From Nitrosopumilales archaeon (GTDB taxonomy: Archaea; Thermoproteota; Nitrososphaeria; Nitrososphaerales; Nitrososphaeraceae), in assembly GCA_044507735.1 (NCBI GenBank), contig JBIQJB010000013.1, positions 8,507-54,730 of the forward strand: 46,224 bases of DNA. Reading direction: 5' to 3'. Each line of letters opens with the position of its first letter. Position 1 is the stretch's first letter. Shown piece by piece: positions 19,842 through 30,738 of the stretch. A model generated the notes under the pieces. It was not told where the DNA came from. It did no database searches and was given only the letters and a program-made list of their open reading frames with translations. A program made the translations under genes and the position numbers.

Positions 19842-21326
19842 TTAGCTGACATGAGCTGTATGAGAAAAGAATAGTGCTTCCGAGTTGGAAGCAAATTGTC
19901 TTATTGTCTCAATTGAATTGCCCTCTATTTTCCTCTCTATAGTATTATGATCTTCTTGTATGGCTAAATAAGTTGGAGTTTTGTCTAAGACAGCAAGACA
20001 ATCCTTCTTCAGAGCTATCCCAAAGTAACAATAGCGTTTGTCTCTTCCAATCCTCTTCTGCTTGTGGCTGATTCCTAGTGCCTTGAGTTCTTCGCCTAAC
20101 TTTCGTTCATTGATGAATGATGTTCCTTCTTTTTCGCAGTATGCTTTGAAGGCTTCCCTAAGCTTGTCCGATTCTATCCATAGGTTCTCGTTTTCTGGCT
20201 GTAGTATGCACTCTTCTTCTATGAAGGTCTTGATTCTGCTAGCACCTAGCTCATACTGACGTTTGATCTCTTCTACGTCATCATCTTTGAAGCCATGCTC
20301 ATCCCTGAGCTTCTTCAAACCTTTCAGAGCTAAGTTCAATAAGCCAGAGAGCTCTTCTTCTGTTGTCAATTTCTCCTTTAACGTCTCATCTCTGTTTTTT
20401 CCTTCAAATGTCCTGAAGAATGGAATTATTACCCATCGTCTAAAATAGGCATAGCTCTTGTCCGATGTCTCAGGGATCTGATTTGCAGAGAAGATCAGCT
20501 TGGCGTAGGGTTTGAAGGTAAATGGCTGTTGATGTTTCCGTTGCGCTCTGATTCTGTCACCCGAGACTACTACTTTGAAAGTTCCTGCATCAGTGATCTT
20601 GTCTGCTCGGAGATCTGCAAAGATGTTAGCCATCTTGCCATAGAGTTCAGCGGAAGCATAGCGATCCGAAGTCAGGTCGTGAAGTGATACATTGCTCACA
20701 TTTTCTGCGCCTAGGAAGGCCTCTATGAGCCCAAGAAAGACGGATTTTCCATTTGACCCTTCACCGCACAGCATGAATCCTTTTTGGTATCTAGCTGATT
20801 TCAGGAGGAGATAGCCTAGCATCTTCGATACTGTAGCCATGTATTCTGGTTCTATTGTGGAGCGCAGGAACTTGATGATGTTAGGACATTTCGCTTTCTC
20901 GTTGTAGATTATTGGAATCTGGGTCACCGAAAGGTAGTTTGGGTCATGCTCCTTTCTGAATTCTCCTGTTTGTATATTCAAAAGTCCATTCTTCAGATTC
21001 AGAATATTGGGATCCTTGTCGAATTCTTCTCTGGGAGTGTATGTCATCGATTTTATTGTCTCGATAACTTCATTGCGCATGTGGTTGGTAATCTCGTAGC
21101 CGCCTAGGTTTTGGAGCTCTGCTAGGATTTTTTCTCTCCCGCCCGGTACATAGACTCCATCACGATAGTATAGGATCTCTCCTGTATCCTGCAAAGTACG
21201 AATGAAAATCCTATTGAGGATCTCTTCAACTAGAGCTCCTTTCTTGTCCGTTTCTGAAGATTTTCGATCCCTCAGGACTTGCATTATTGCAATTTCTGCT
21301 TCGTCTTGCAAACCGAATGCTATCAT
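19842..21326 (-). CDS. Phage/plasmid P4-family (D5-like) SF3 helicase; no recognisable primase domain
   Basis: YYRDGVY, LNLKNGLLNI (D5_N), Walker A GEGSNGKS, FKVVVSGD, KLIFSANQIP, RRW; wHTH-like C-terminus. Confidence 0.92.
   Translation of the reverse strand: MIAFGLQDEAEIAIMQVLRDRKSSETDKKGALVEEILNRIFIRTLQDTGEILYYRDGVYVPGGREKILAELQNLGGYEITNHMRNEVIETIKSMTYTPREEFDKDPNILNLKNGLLNIQTGEFRKEHDPNYLSVTQIPIIYNEKAKCPNIIKFLRSTIEPEYMATVSKMLGYLLLKSARYQKGFMLCGEGSNGKSVFLGLIEAFLGAENVSNVSLHDLTSDRYASAELYGKMANIFADLRADKITDAGTFKVVVSGDRIRAQRKHQQPFTFKPYAKLIFSANQIPETSDKSYAYFRRWVIIPFFRTFEGKNRDETLKEKLTTEEELSGLLNLALKGLKKLRDEHGFKDDDVEEIKRQYELGASRIKTFIEEECILQPENENLWIESDKLREAFKAYCEKEGTSFINERKLGEELKALGISHKQKRIGRDKRYCYFGIALKKDCLAVLDKTPTYLAIQEDHNTIERKIEGNSIETIRQFASNSEALFFSHTAHVS
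19895..20002. repeat. Inverted iteron pairs flanking an AT-rich spacer (candidate replication origin)
   Basis: ATTGTCTTATTGTCT (19895-19909) versus AGACAGCAAGACAAT (19988-20002): 13/15 inverted match with a 78-bp spacer. Confidence 0.55.
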
Positions 21327-21493
21327 TTCCTGCGCCTCCTTTGGTTGAAGGGATTATCGGGTGAAGGACATCGATGTGGACGCATATCAGCAGGGTCTAG
21401 AGGAATAGCATTACCTCTCTTCGAAACAATCAGGTCACAAAACGTTATAACCCGATTGCAGTATCGACAGCAAACTTCTCTGAATCTAGCCAT
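21323..21493 (-). CDS. Small (56 aa) CxxC...HxC Zn-finger protein, absent from the ORF track
   Basis: Own translation: MARFREVCCRYCNRVITFCDLIVSKRGNAIPLDPADMRPHRCPSPDNPFNQRRRRK; its stop overlaps the helicase ATG (ATGA). Confidence 0.8.
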   Translation of the reverse strand: MARFREVCCRYCNRVITFCDLIVSKRGNAIPLDPADMRPHRCPSPDNPFNQRRRRK

Positions 21494-21506
21494 TTCCCTC
21501 ACTCCT

Positions 21507-21839
21507 TCAATGATAGCGAGTACATCTCTCGCAGACTTGAGGTACTCTCTTCTCTGACCAGACAGTTGTTGAAGCAGGATTTTCTTTACAGTCTGAGCAA
21601 ATAGGAAGGGGCTCTTTAGGTTCTGGAAGCGAAGGTTGAACTCGACTTATTGCGAATTCCTTGTCACAATGTGTACAGTAATGCTTGTATTCTAATCCCC
21701 CGAATCGCTCGCAGGTGATTGGCTTCTCGCAGTCAGGGCAGAGTGGAAGTCTGGAGTCTATAGGTTCATGCCTGATAACTAGGGCTTCTAGTTCTTTTAT
21801 GCGCTTTTCAAGCTGTTCTATCTGCAGTTCTTCGTTCAT
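21507..21839 (-). CDS. Double Zn-finger protein with N-terminal coiled coil
   Basis: CPDC, CTHC, CSDC, CERC. Confidence 0.75.
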   Translation of the reverse strand: MNEELQIEQLEKRIKELEALVIRHEPIDSRLPLCPDCEKPITCERFGGLEYKHYCTHCDKEFAISRVQPSLPEPKEPLPICSDCKENPASTTVWSEKRVPQVCERCTRYH

Positions 21840-21856
21840 CCTTTTTCACCATCTCC

Positions 21857-22015
21857 TCAAGCTTTCTGAACGATCAAACGTTGTTCATCACATTCCATCT
21901 TGACGTAATCTCCTTTGCCCACGTGAAGCTGTGATACGAATTGCTTCGGGATCACCAAAAGATAGCTTCGTTCGTTTGGCAAAGCCTGAATTTTTCTGAA
22001 TTCAACTAATGACAT
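21857..22015 (-). CDS. AbrB/MazE/SpoVT-family DNA-binding protein (52 aa), absent from the ORF track
   Basis: Own translation: MSLVEFRKIQALPNERSYLLVIPKQFVSQLHVGKGDYVKMECDEQRLIVQKA (RKIQ..S..VIPK....L...GD.V pattern). Confidence 0.85.
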   Translation of the reverse strand: MSLVEFRKIQALPNERSYLLVIPKQFVSQLHVGKGDYVKMECDEQRLIVQKA

Positions 22016-22385
22016 CGATACTAGACATGCTAGTCTATAACTAGAGAACTAATGCTCCCTTGGGCATCGATGTTGGTTACGCCTTCGGCCAATTCTTGAA
22101 ATCGGAGATTTGTGCTCACATGGTGTGAGCAGACCTTTATCCTGACCCTTATGCGATGGCCTTCGGTTCTATCTCTCTCTAAAGCTACAACGTTACCCAA
22201 AGACCCGGACTTGTCAGGAAGTTCAGCTGAAATCAGTTCAGCTAGAGAATGTCTAATTCTATGGGCTATTTTTGGCTGTAAACTTTCCAGCAGGAAATTT
22301 AAACATATCACTAGCGAGTTATAATTTTGCTCATATGGAAATGAGCAGTAGTTCTCTACTCTAAGGGACAAGTTTCCTCATTCTT

Positions 22386-22411
22386 GTCATATCGATATGA
22401 CGTGCACGTCA
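22386..22411. promoter_or_regulatory. Two overlapping perfect palindromes upstream of the tape-measure gene (putative operator)
   Basis: GTCATATCGATATGAC (22386-22401) and TGACGTGCACGTCA (22398-22411); SD AGGAGG at 22418-22423; ATG at 22431. Confidence 0.55.
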
Positions 22412-22430
22412 ATTCTTAGGAGGCACTCTA

Positions 22431-23855
22431 ATGGCTTCTGAAGAGGTTCAGCTAGCGTGGAAGCTATCGATTGCTGGAGCTGAAGACGTTAAGAGAAGGT
22501 TATCGGAGCTTCATGAGCAGTTCAATCGTGGGGAGATTTCTGTCGAGCAATATTCGAAAGAGCTCAATAAACAGGGAGGAGTCCTTAGAACTCTTACCAA
22601 TCAACACGCACTTCAAAATAGGCTCTGGCTAGCTCAGCACCCGACAATAAACCAGCTAAGTAGGACTCTTTCAGGGTTCAATCGGGTTTTGTCAGCCACT
22701 ACTACAGCGATGACTGCTATCAATATAGCTCAGCTTCTTATGAGGACAAGCTCTGGTCAGTTGATAGAACTTCAGAATCAGCTAGCAGAAGCAGAGCGCA
22801 ACTATAACGCTGCAATAGATCCTGAGAAGAAAGAAGAATACGCTAGGCAGATCGCTTCAATCAAGGCAGAACTAGAACAAGCAAATGCACAGATGGCAGC
22901 AGATAAAACGCAAGGAATCATATCATTTGCAACGAGCATTGCTCTCATAGGAAGCTCTGCTATCCAGACTGCGACTCAGTTGAAGACTTCGGGAACAGGC
23001 TTCGCTATTTTTAGTGGAGGACTGAGGACTGCGACTGGAGCTCTCAGAAGCATGTGGGCTGCACTTGGCCCCGTAGGATGGGCTATCCTAGCTCTATCTA
23101 TCATAATCCCTCTAGTCATTGAATATTGGGATGAACTAGCAGCAGCCTTCGGAGCCTTTATCGATTTCATTAGACCGGGCTTCGAGTGGCTAGCAGGTCA
23201 GTTCCTCTCAGGATTTCAGGCTCTATGGGAAGGAGCAGGGAAGTTCCTAGAGTCATTCGTCAAGGGAGCTGTTGCTGCATGGGATGGCTTTGTTTCAGGT
23301 CTAGAGGATATATGGCTAGGTCTTCAGGCTGGCTTCGAAGCGATGTGGCTAGGAGTAGTTGCCATGTCGCAGAGCTTTATGGATTTCCTGCAAGGAGCGT
23401 TTACTGCCTTCTGGGATTCAGTGAAAAACCTAACGACTAACGCAGCGAATAGCGTAGTGAATACAGTCTCAGGAATGGTCAATAGCATAATAGCTTCAGT
23501 GAGGAACGCTCTAGACTGGCTAGCTAAACTACCGGGCAATGTCGCTAGCGGAATTTCGAACTTCCTCAGTGGCAATCCTTCTCCTCCGCCATCATCAGGC
23601 TCTAGTGGAATTAAGAAGGGAGCTACAGGGCTTCATACTATAGCCGATAAGCCCATGCTCTTCTTGGCAGGGGAAGCAGGACAACCTGAAGAAGTCACGA
23701 TTCGCCCTATAGGAAGGACAGGCACAAGCACGACTACTACAACACCTACTATCAATATCTACGTAGAAGGGAGCATTCATGCAGAAAGGGATCTCGAACA
23801 GGTTCTAGATAGATATGGAATCCGAGAAGCTAGAAGGAGGGGTTGGAAGGCATGA
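22431..23855 (+). CDS. Tail tape-measure-like protein (474 aa)
   Basis: Helical, Ala/Gly-rich. LGPVGWAILALSIIIPLVIEYWD motif; Trp spacing of 18-11-11-22 residues; C-terminal ATG...KPMLFLAGEAGQPEEVTIRP and INIYVEG typical of TMP C-termini. Confidence 0.8.
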   Translation: MASEEVQLAWKLSIAGAEDVKRRLSELHEQFNRGEISVEQYSKELNKQGGVLRTLTNQHALQNRLWLAQHPTINQLSRTLSGFNRVLSATTTAMTAINIAQLLMRTSSGQLIELQNQLAEAERNYNAAIDPEKKEEYARQIASIKAELEQANAQMAADKTQGIISFATSIALIGSSAIQTATQLKTSGTGFAIFSGGLRTATGALRSMWAALGPVGWAILALSIIIPLVIEYWDELAAAFGAFIDFIRPGFEWLAGQFLSGFQALWEGAGKFLESFVKGAVAAWDGFVSGLEDIWLGLQAGFEAMWLGVVAMSQSFMDFLQGAFTAFWDSVKNLTTNAANSVVNTVSGMVNSIIASVRNALDWLAKLPGNVASGISNFLSGNPSPPPSSGSSGIKKGATGLHTIADKPMLFLAGEAGQPEEVTIRPIGRTGTSTTTTTPTINIYVEGSIHAERDLEQVLDRYGIREARRRGWKA

Positions 23856-24163
23856 CTCTGTATGAAGTGATCTGCAATGGCAAGACCTACATCATGAAGA
23901 AGCCACTGACAGTAGGAGAAGTTCAGGCTATCTGGAAAGGCATGGAAGAACACATGAAACTCTTCATAGAAGGTCAAAAAGATCCTGAAAAATATCTTCA
24001 GTTCGTCACTTCAGAACGTCAACAGTGGCAGATGGTGACCGCGACCCTGAAGAAATGCCTGAATCTGACAGACGAAGAGATCAGCTCAATGTCCTATCTG
24101 GAAGCGAGAAGCCTTTTCAGTGGTATCCTAACATTCAGCGCAAAGATAACCAAGGTGCAATAG
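23852..24163 (+). CDS. Putative tail assembly chaperone
   Basis: ATGA overlap with the TMP stop. NGKTYIMKKPLTVGE...LNLTDEEISSMSYLEARSL resembles TAC patterns (recognised by eye). Confidence 0.5.
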   Translation: MTLYEVICNGKTYIMKKPLTVGEVQAIWKGMEEHMKLFIEGQKDPEKYLQFVTSERQQWQMVTATLKKCLNLTDEEISSMSYLEARSLFSGILTFSAKITKVQ

Positions 24164-24208
24164 CAAAAGAAATAATCTGATGGTTACTTTCCAACAGTTA
24201 GAAGGATA

Positions 24209-25320
24209 TTGAGCAGAGGCGGGGGAAAGAGTAATTCAGAAATAAAAAATTCCTACGAGGAATGGTTGGCGAACCAAGGCGTTGTAGATAAGCTCAAGAT
24301 AGCAATTGAAAAGGTAGGATTTCCGCTGGAAGTCGCAGCAAGGAGAATTATTGACAAAAATGATTACAGCATCTACTCAGATCGATATTACTCCCAAATT
24401 AACCCAACGACAAAAGAAGAATCATGGAGGGAAATAGACATTTACGCAGAGAAAATTTTCCCGAGTCTGAAGATTGGCGAAAGTGAGATCTTATTTTCTG
24501 TGAATCTTATCGCAGAATGCAAGTATTCATCAACAAACGATTTCTTTGCCTTCGAGACCGATTATGTCAATGATTGGGGGTTCCCACCCCTGTTTGGATC
24601 TGGGAATCTGTTTGCGCCACTTCCAGACAAACACGCATTTGCTCATTTCTTTCCTTTTCCAATAACGATTCATAATATAGCAGAGGTCGATGTTGGTAGC
24701 ATGACCTTCCATACCTCAGATCGAACTATTTACGAAGCAGCTAATCAACTTGCTAATGCTGTAGCTTACTTTGCGAACGTAATCGACGACGAACATAGCG
24801 CACTCTACGAACATTATGAAGAAGAAGAGCAAACAATTTCCAAATACAAAACTTATGTTAGGAAATTAAGAGACGAGATGAATCTCGCCTAATCAACAGA
24901 CAACAATATAACGAGAAAGTGAACAAGTTTGCTATGGAGATACTCTCACGAGGATATGTTTACTATGTAACCTTTTGGATTCCTATCATTGTTTTGGGCA
25001 AAAACAATGGTTTGCTAAAAGTTGAGATGCAGGAGGACAAGATTACCGACATCACTGACATAGGATATGGGGTCTATCCGTTCAGACCAAACATTACTCC
25101 GCCTTATTTGAAGAATCTCGTTTATTCGGAAAATGAATTATCGATAGTAATCTGCAACCTCAAGTACTTAGAGGAGGTCTTGTCAAACATTGATAAAGGA
25201 ATGAATAATCTGCTGAAGAGCGTGAAGGAGAAGCTAACTAGACGTCCCTTCCTTGTCATAAGTGAAATAATGAGAGATTTTCATAATTACGAAGCAAGAA
25301 ATCCTAACCTTTGGAAATAG
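24209..25320 (+). pseudogene. PD-(D/E)XK nuclease-family gene split by a frameshift (ORFs 24209-24892 and 24919-25320)
   Basis: GFPLE...REIDIYA...LIAECKYS motifs. The second frame is open from 24862, overlapping the first ORF's end. Confidence 0.65.
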
Positions 25321-25353
25321 TTATTGGGAGATAAGAGCTATTAGCGACTCCCA

Positions 25354-25584
25354 ATGACCTCATCTACAATGACTGAGGACATCAAGCCAGCACTTCTAAC
25401 TAGGACAGAAATAGCTTATCTCTCAGGCAAACTCCCTAACCTTACAAACATTCAGAAGTCAAAACTCAATTACAAGATAAAGAAGAAGCTTGAGGTTTTT
25501 GAAAACGTAGAACTGCCCCTCATAGCGGAGTCAGGAGTCTTCGGAACCGCAGGCCAAGGGATCGAAGCCCTTCGGGCCCGCTTA
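25354..25584 (+). CDS. int: N-terminal fragment int(N) of the split integrase (reads on to 25791 in the integrated state)
   Basis: 77 codons end exactly at the end of the att repeat, in frame with int(C) at 14811. Confidence 0.85.
25537..25584 (+). repeat. att site (48-bp duplicate of the tRNA-Arg 3' half)
   Basis: Identical to 14763-14810. Confidence 0.97.
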
Positions 25585-25590
25585 ACAACA

Positions 25591-28513
<2,923 letters not shown>

Positions 28514-28561
28514 CGAAGGTTCTTTGCACGTCCTTCTTTTAATGCTTTAGAGGTCCAATAA

Positions 28562-28696
28562 TCAGCCGCCTGTCGCGGCATCATAGAGGCAACATTCGCA
28601 AGAATCCTTCTGCCCACAATAAGGGCAGACGCACATGCAGGCGTCAATCTGGTTGCCACAATAATCGCAAGTCGCTTCTTCGGCCGTGCCTGCCAT
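28562..28696 (-). CDS. 44-aa Cys-rich protein (9 Cys) ending in Gly-Gly, absent from the ORF track
   Basis: Own translation: MAGTAEEATCDYCGNQIDACMCVCPYCGQKDSCECCLYDAATGG; lies between glmS and korA on the same strand. Confidence 0.75.
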   Translation of the reverse strand: MAGTAEEATCDYCGNQIDACMCVCPYCGQKDSCECCLYDAATGG

Positions 28697-28739
28697 CTGT
28701 CTCCGCCCTTTGAGATCCGCGCCCGCAAACTATATACTT

Positions 28740-30509
28740 TTACCTGACCGTGACGGATTTTGCCAAGTTACGCGGAAAGTCCGGGTCGGCATTTCGCTGC
28801 AGCGCAAGGTAGTATGAGAACAATTGTAGTGGTATTATCTCTACCAATGGATATAGTAGCTCGTTGTCCAGCTTGGGAATCTCTATGATGGCATCGTACA
28901 CATCGTTCGGAATGTTTGAAATGCCCACTATCTTGGCACCCCTTGCCTTTACCTCATGGGCGCTGGAGAGAGTGTCGCTGTAAGTCTTGTCATCCGGGTT
29001 GATTACAAAAACAACAACATTCTTGTCCATAAGCGCCAGAGGTCCATGCTTCAGTTCGCCTGCTGCTATCCCCTCCGCATGGACGTAGGCAAGCTCTTTC
29101 ATTTTGAGTGCACCTTCAAGCGCTATCGGGAAATGGATCGACCTGCCAAGCAGGTAGATGTCGTTTACTTTGGGCATTGATAAGTTGACCAATCGCTCTA
29201 TGGCCACACTACCTGCAAGAACGGTACTTATCATACCGGACATCAGATCCCTGTCGAATCCTATTTTGCCCCCGCTTATGTGATCCATTATCGAATATAC
29301 AAGTGACAGCTGGCCCGTAAAGCTCTTTGTCGCGGCTACTCCTATCTCTGGACCTGAGTTGATGCTCAGTGAAACATCAGCTGTCCTTGCCAGTGAGGAT
29401 GTGGGCACGTTAACAATGGAGAGTATTTTGGCCCCGGCGACCCTTGCAAGCTTGGTTGCGGACAGCACATCTGCTGTCTCGCCGCTCTGTGAAATTGCGA
29501 CAATGACTGTGTCTTTGTCTATCGAGTCCATGTTGTACTTGAACTCGCTTGCCATAACCGGCTCAAAGCGCTTCTTGAGAAAACGCGACCCCAGCACCGA
29601 TGTAATCAGCGAGGTGTGGTAGCTCGTACCGCTGCCTGTGACGATGACATTGCTGGCACGTGCAATCGTGTCGCAGAATGCCTTTAGCTTGTGCTCCTCT
29701 TGGTACGTGGCGGCCTTGATGCTTGTGACTTGCTCGAATATCTCCTTGATGGTGTAATGAGCAAATTCGCCCTTGTTGACATCGGCCAGCTCCCATGCAA
29801 CCTTGGTGATGTTTCTCTGTACAGTTTCGCCACTGAAATTAAAGATGTTCACGCCAGACATGTCGATTATTGCAATGTCGCGGTTGTCAAGGAACATTGC
29901 TTGGTCAGTGTACTGCAGAAATCCAAGCACATCGCTAGAGGCGTAATAAGCGCTGTCAGACACGCCTACTACCAGTGGTTCGTCAAGCCGGGCACATGCC
30001 AGAGTTCCGCTCGCAAACATGGCTACAAACGCATATGATCCGTCTAGCCGCTTCACCGTTTCTAGCATCGCCGCCTTGACATCATTGTTATTTGTGTTGT
30101 AATAATCCTCCAGCAAATGGGCGATGACCTCTGTGTCCGTCTCACTCTGAAACCTGTGACCCTTTTGCAAAAGCTCCTGCTTTAGCGGCAAATAATTTTC
30201 GATGATGCCGTTGTGCACCACCGCAATGTCGTTTGTACAACAGGGATGTGGGTGGGCATTGTAATCGGTGACTCCTCCATGGGTGGCCCATCGGGTATGA
30301 CCAATGCCAATAGAACCCTCCATCCCAGCAAGGTTCAGAGTGCTATTCACTTGGTTAACCTTGCCAATACCTTTTCTAACCGAAATCTTGTTAGTAGACA
30401 AGGTAGCAACCCCGACGCTGTCATATCCTCTGTATTCCATCCTCTTTAGGCTCTCAACCAATGAAGGCGCTACGCCATTCTTGCCAATTATTCCGATTAT
30501 GGAACACAT
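28740..30509 (-). CDS. glmS: Glutamine--fructose-6-phosphate aminotransferase (isomerising)
   Basis: N-terminal MC, EYRGYDS, GHTRWATHG, SQSGETAD, GELKHGP, PRNLAKSVTV. Confidence 0.96.
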   Translation of the reverse strand: MCSIIGIIGKNGVAPSLVESLKRMEYRGYDSVGVATLSTNKISVRKGIGKVNQVNSTLNLAGMEGSIGIGHTRWATHGGVTDYNAHPHPCCTNDIAVVHNGIIENYLPLKQELLQKGHRFQSETDTEVIAHLLEDYYNTNNNDVKAAMLETVKRLDGSYAFVAMFASGTLACARLDEPLVVGVSDSAYYASSDVLGFLQYTDQAMFLDNRDIAIIDMSGVNIFNFSGETVQRNITKVAWELADVNKGEFAHYTIKEIFEQVTSIKAATYQEEHKLKAFCDTIARASNVIVTGSGTSYHTSLITSVLGSRFLKKRFEPVMASEFKYNMDSIDKDTVIVAISQSGETADVLSATKLARVAGAKILSIVNVPTSSLARTADVSLSINSGPEIGVAATKSFTGQLSLVYSIMDHISGGKIGFDRDLMSGMISTVLAGSVAIERLVNLSMPKVNDIYLLGRSIHFPIALEGALKMKELAYVHAEGIAAGELKHGPLALMDKNVVVFVINPDDKTYSDTLSSAHEVKARGAKIVGISNIPNDVYDAIIEIPKLDNELLYPLVEIIPLQLFSYYLALQRNADPDFPRNLAKSVTVR

Positions 30510-30738
30510 TCACTGTTTGACTGGATGGTGGACATTTATCGATTGGGTATTTGTACTCTGGACTCTAATCACTGAAAAATCAGAAATCACATTCCGCACA
30601 TTGTATCAAATGTAATTTTCTTCCATTCGTAAAATGTAGCGTAACTCCAGAATCAATCCTCCTTAGATTTGAACCTAACATAGAATAATCTGATTTTTTC
30701 TTCCAGGTTATTACTGTCGGATAATTAGTTAGAGTGCA

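Larger units (their letters stand above)
14763..25584. mobile_element. 10.8-kb integrative element in tRNA-Arg(TCG); candidate virus satellite
   Basis: Exact 48-bp direct repeats at both ends, split tyrosine integrase, D5-like helicase, tape-measure-like gene, R-M cargo; visibly more AT-rich than the flanks. Confidence 0.95.

Noticed and set aside
22030-22371. 113-aa minus-strand and 70-aa plus-strand ORFs in the divergent region of the element
   Set aside because: No recognisable motif; the region is more plausibly regulatory, though a small gene cannot be excluded.
14763-25584. Complete provirus
   Set aside because: No capsid, portal, terminase, tail tube or baseplate gene is recognisable, and the att-bounded size is only 10.8 kb.
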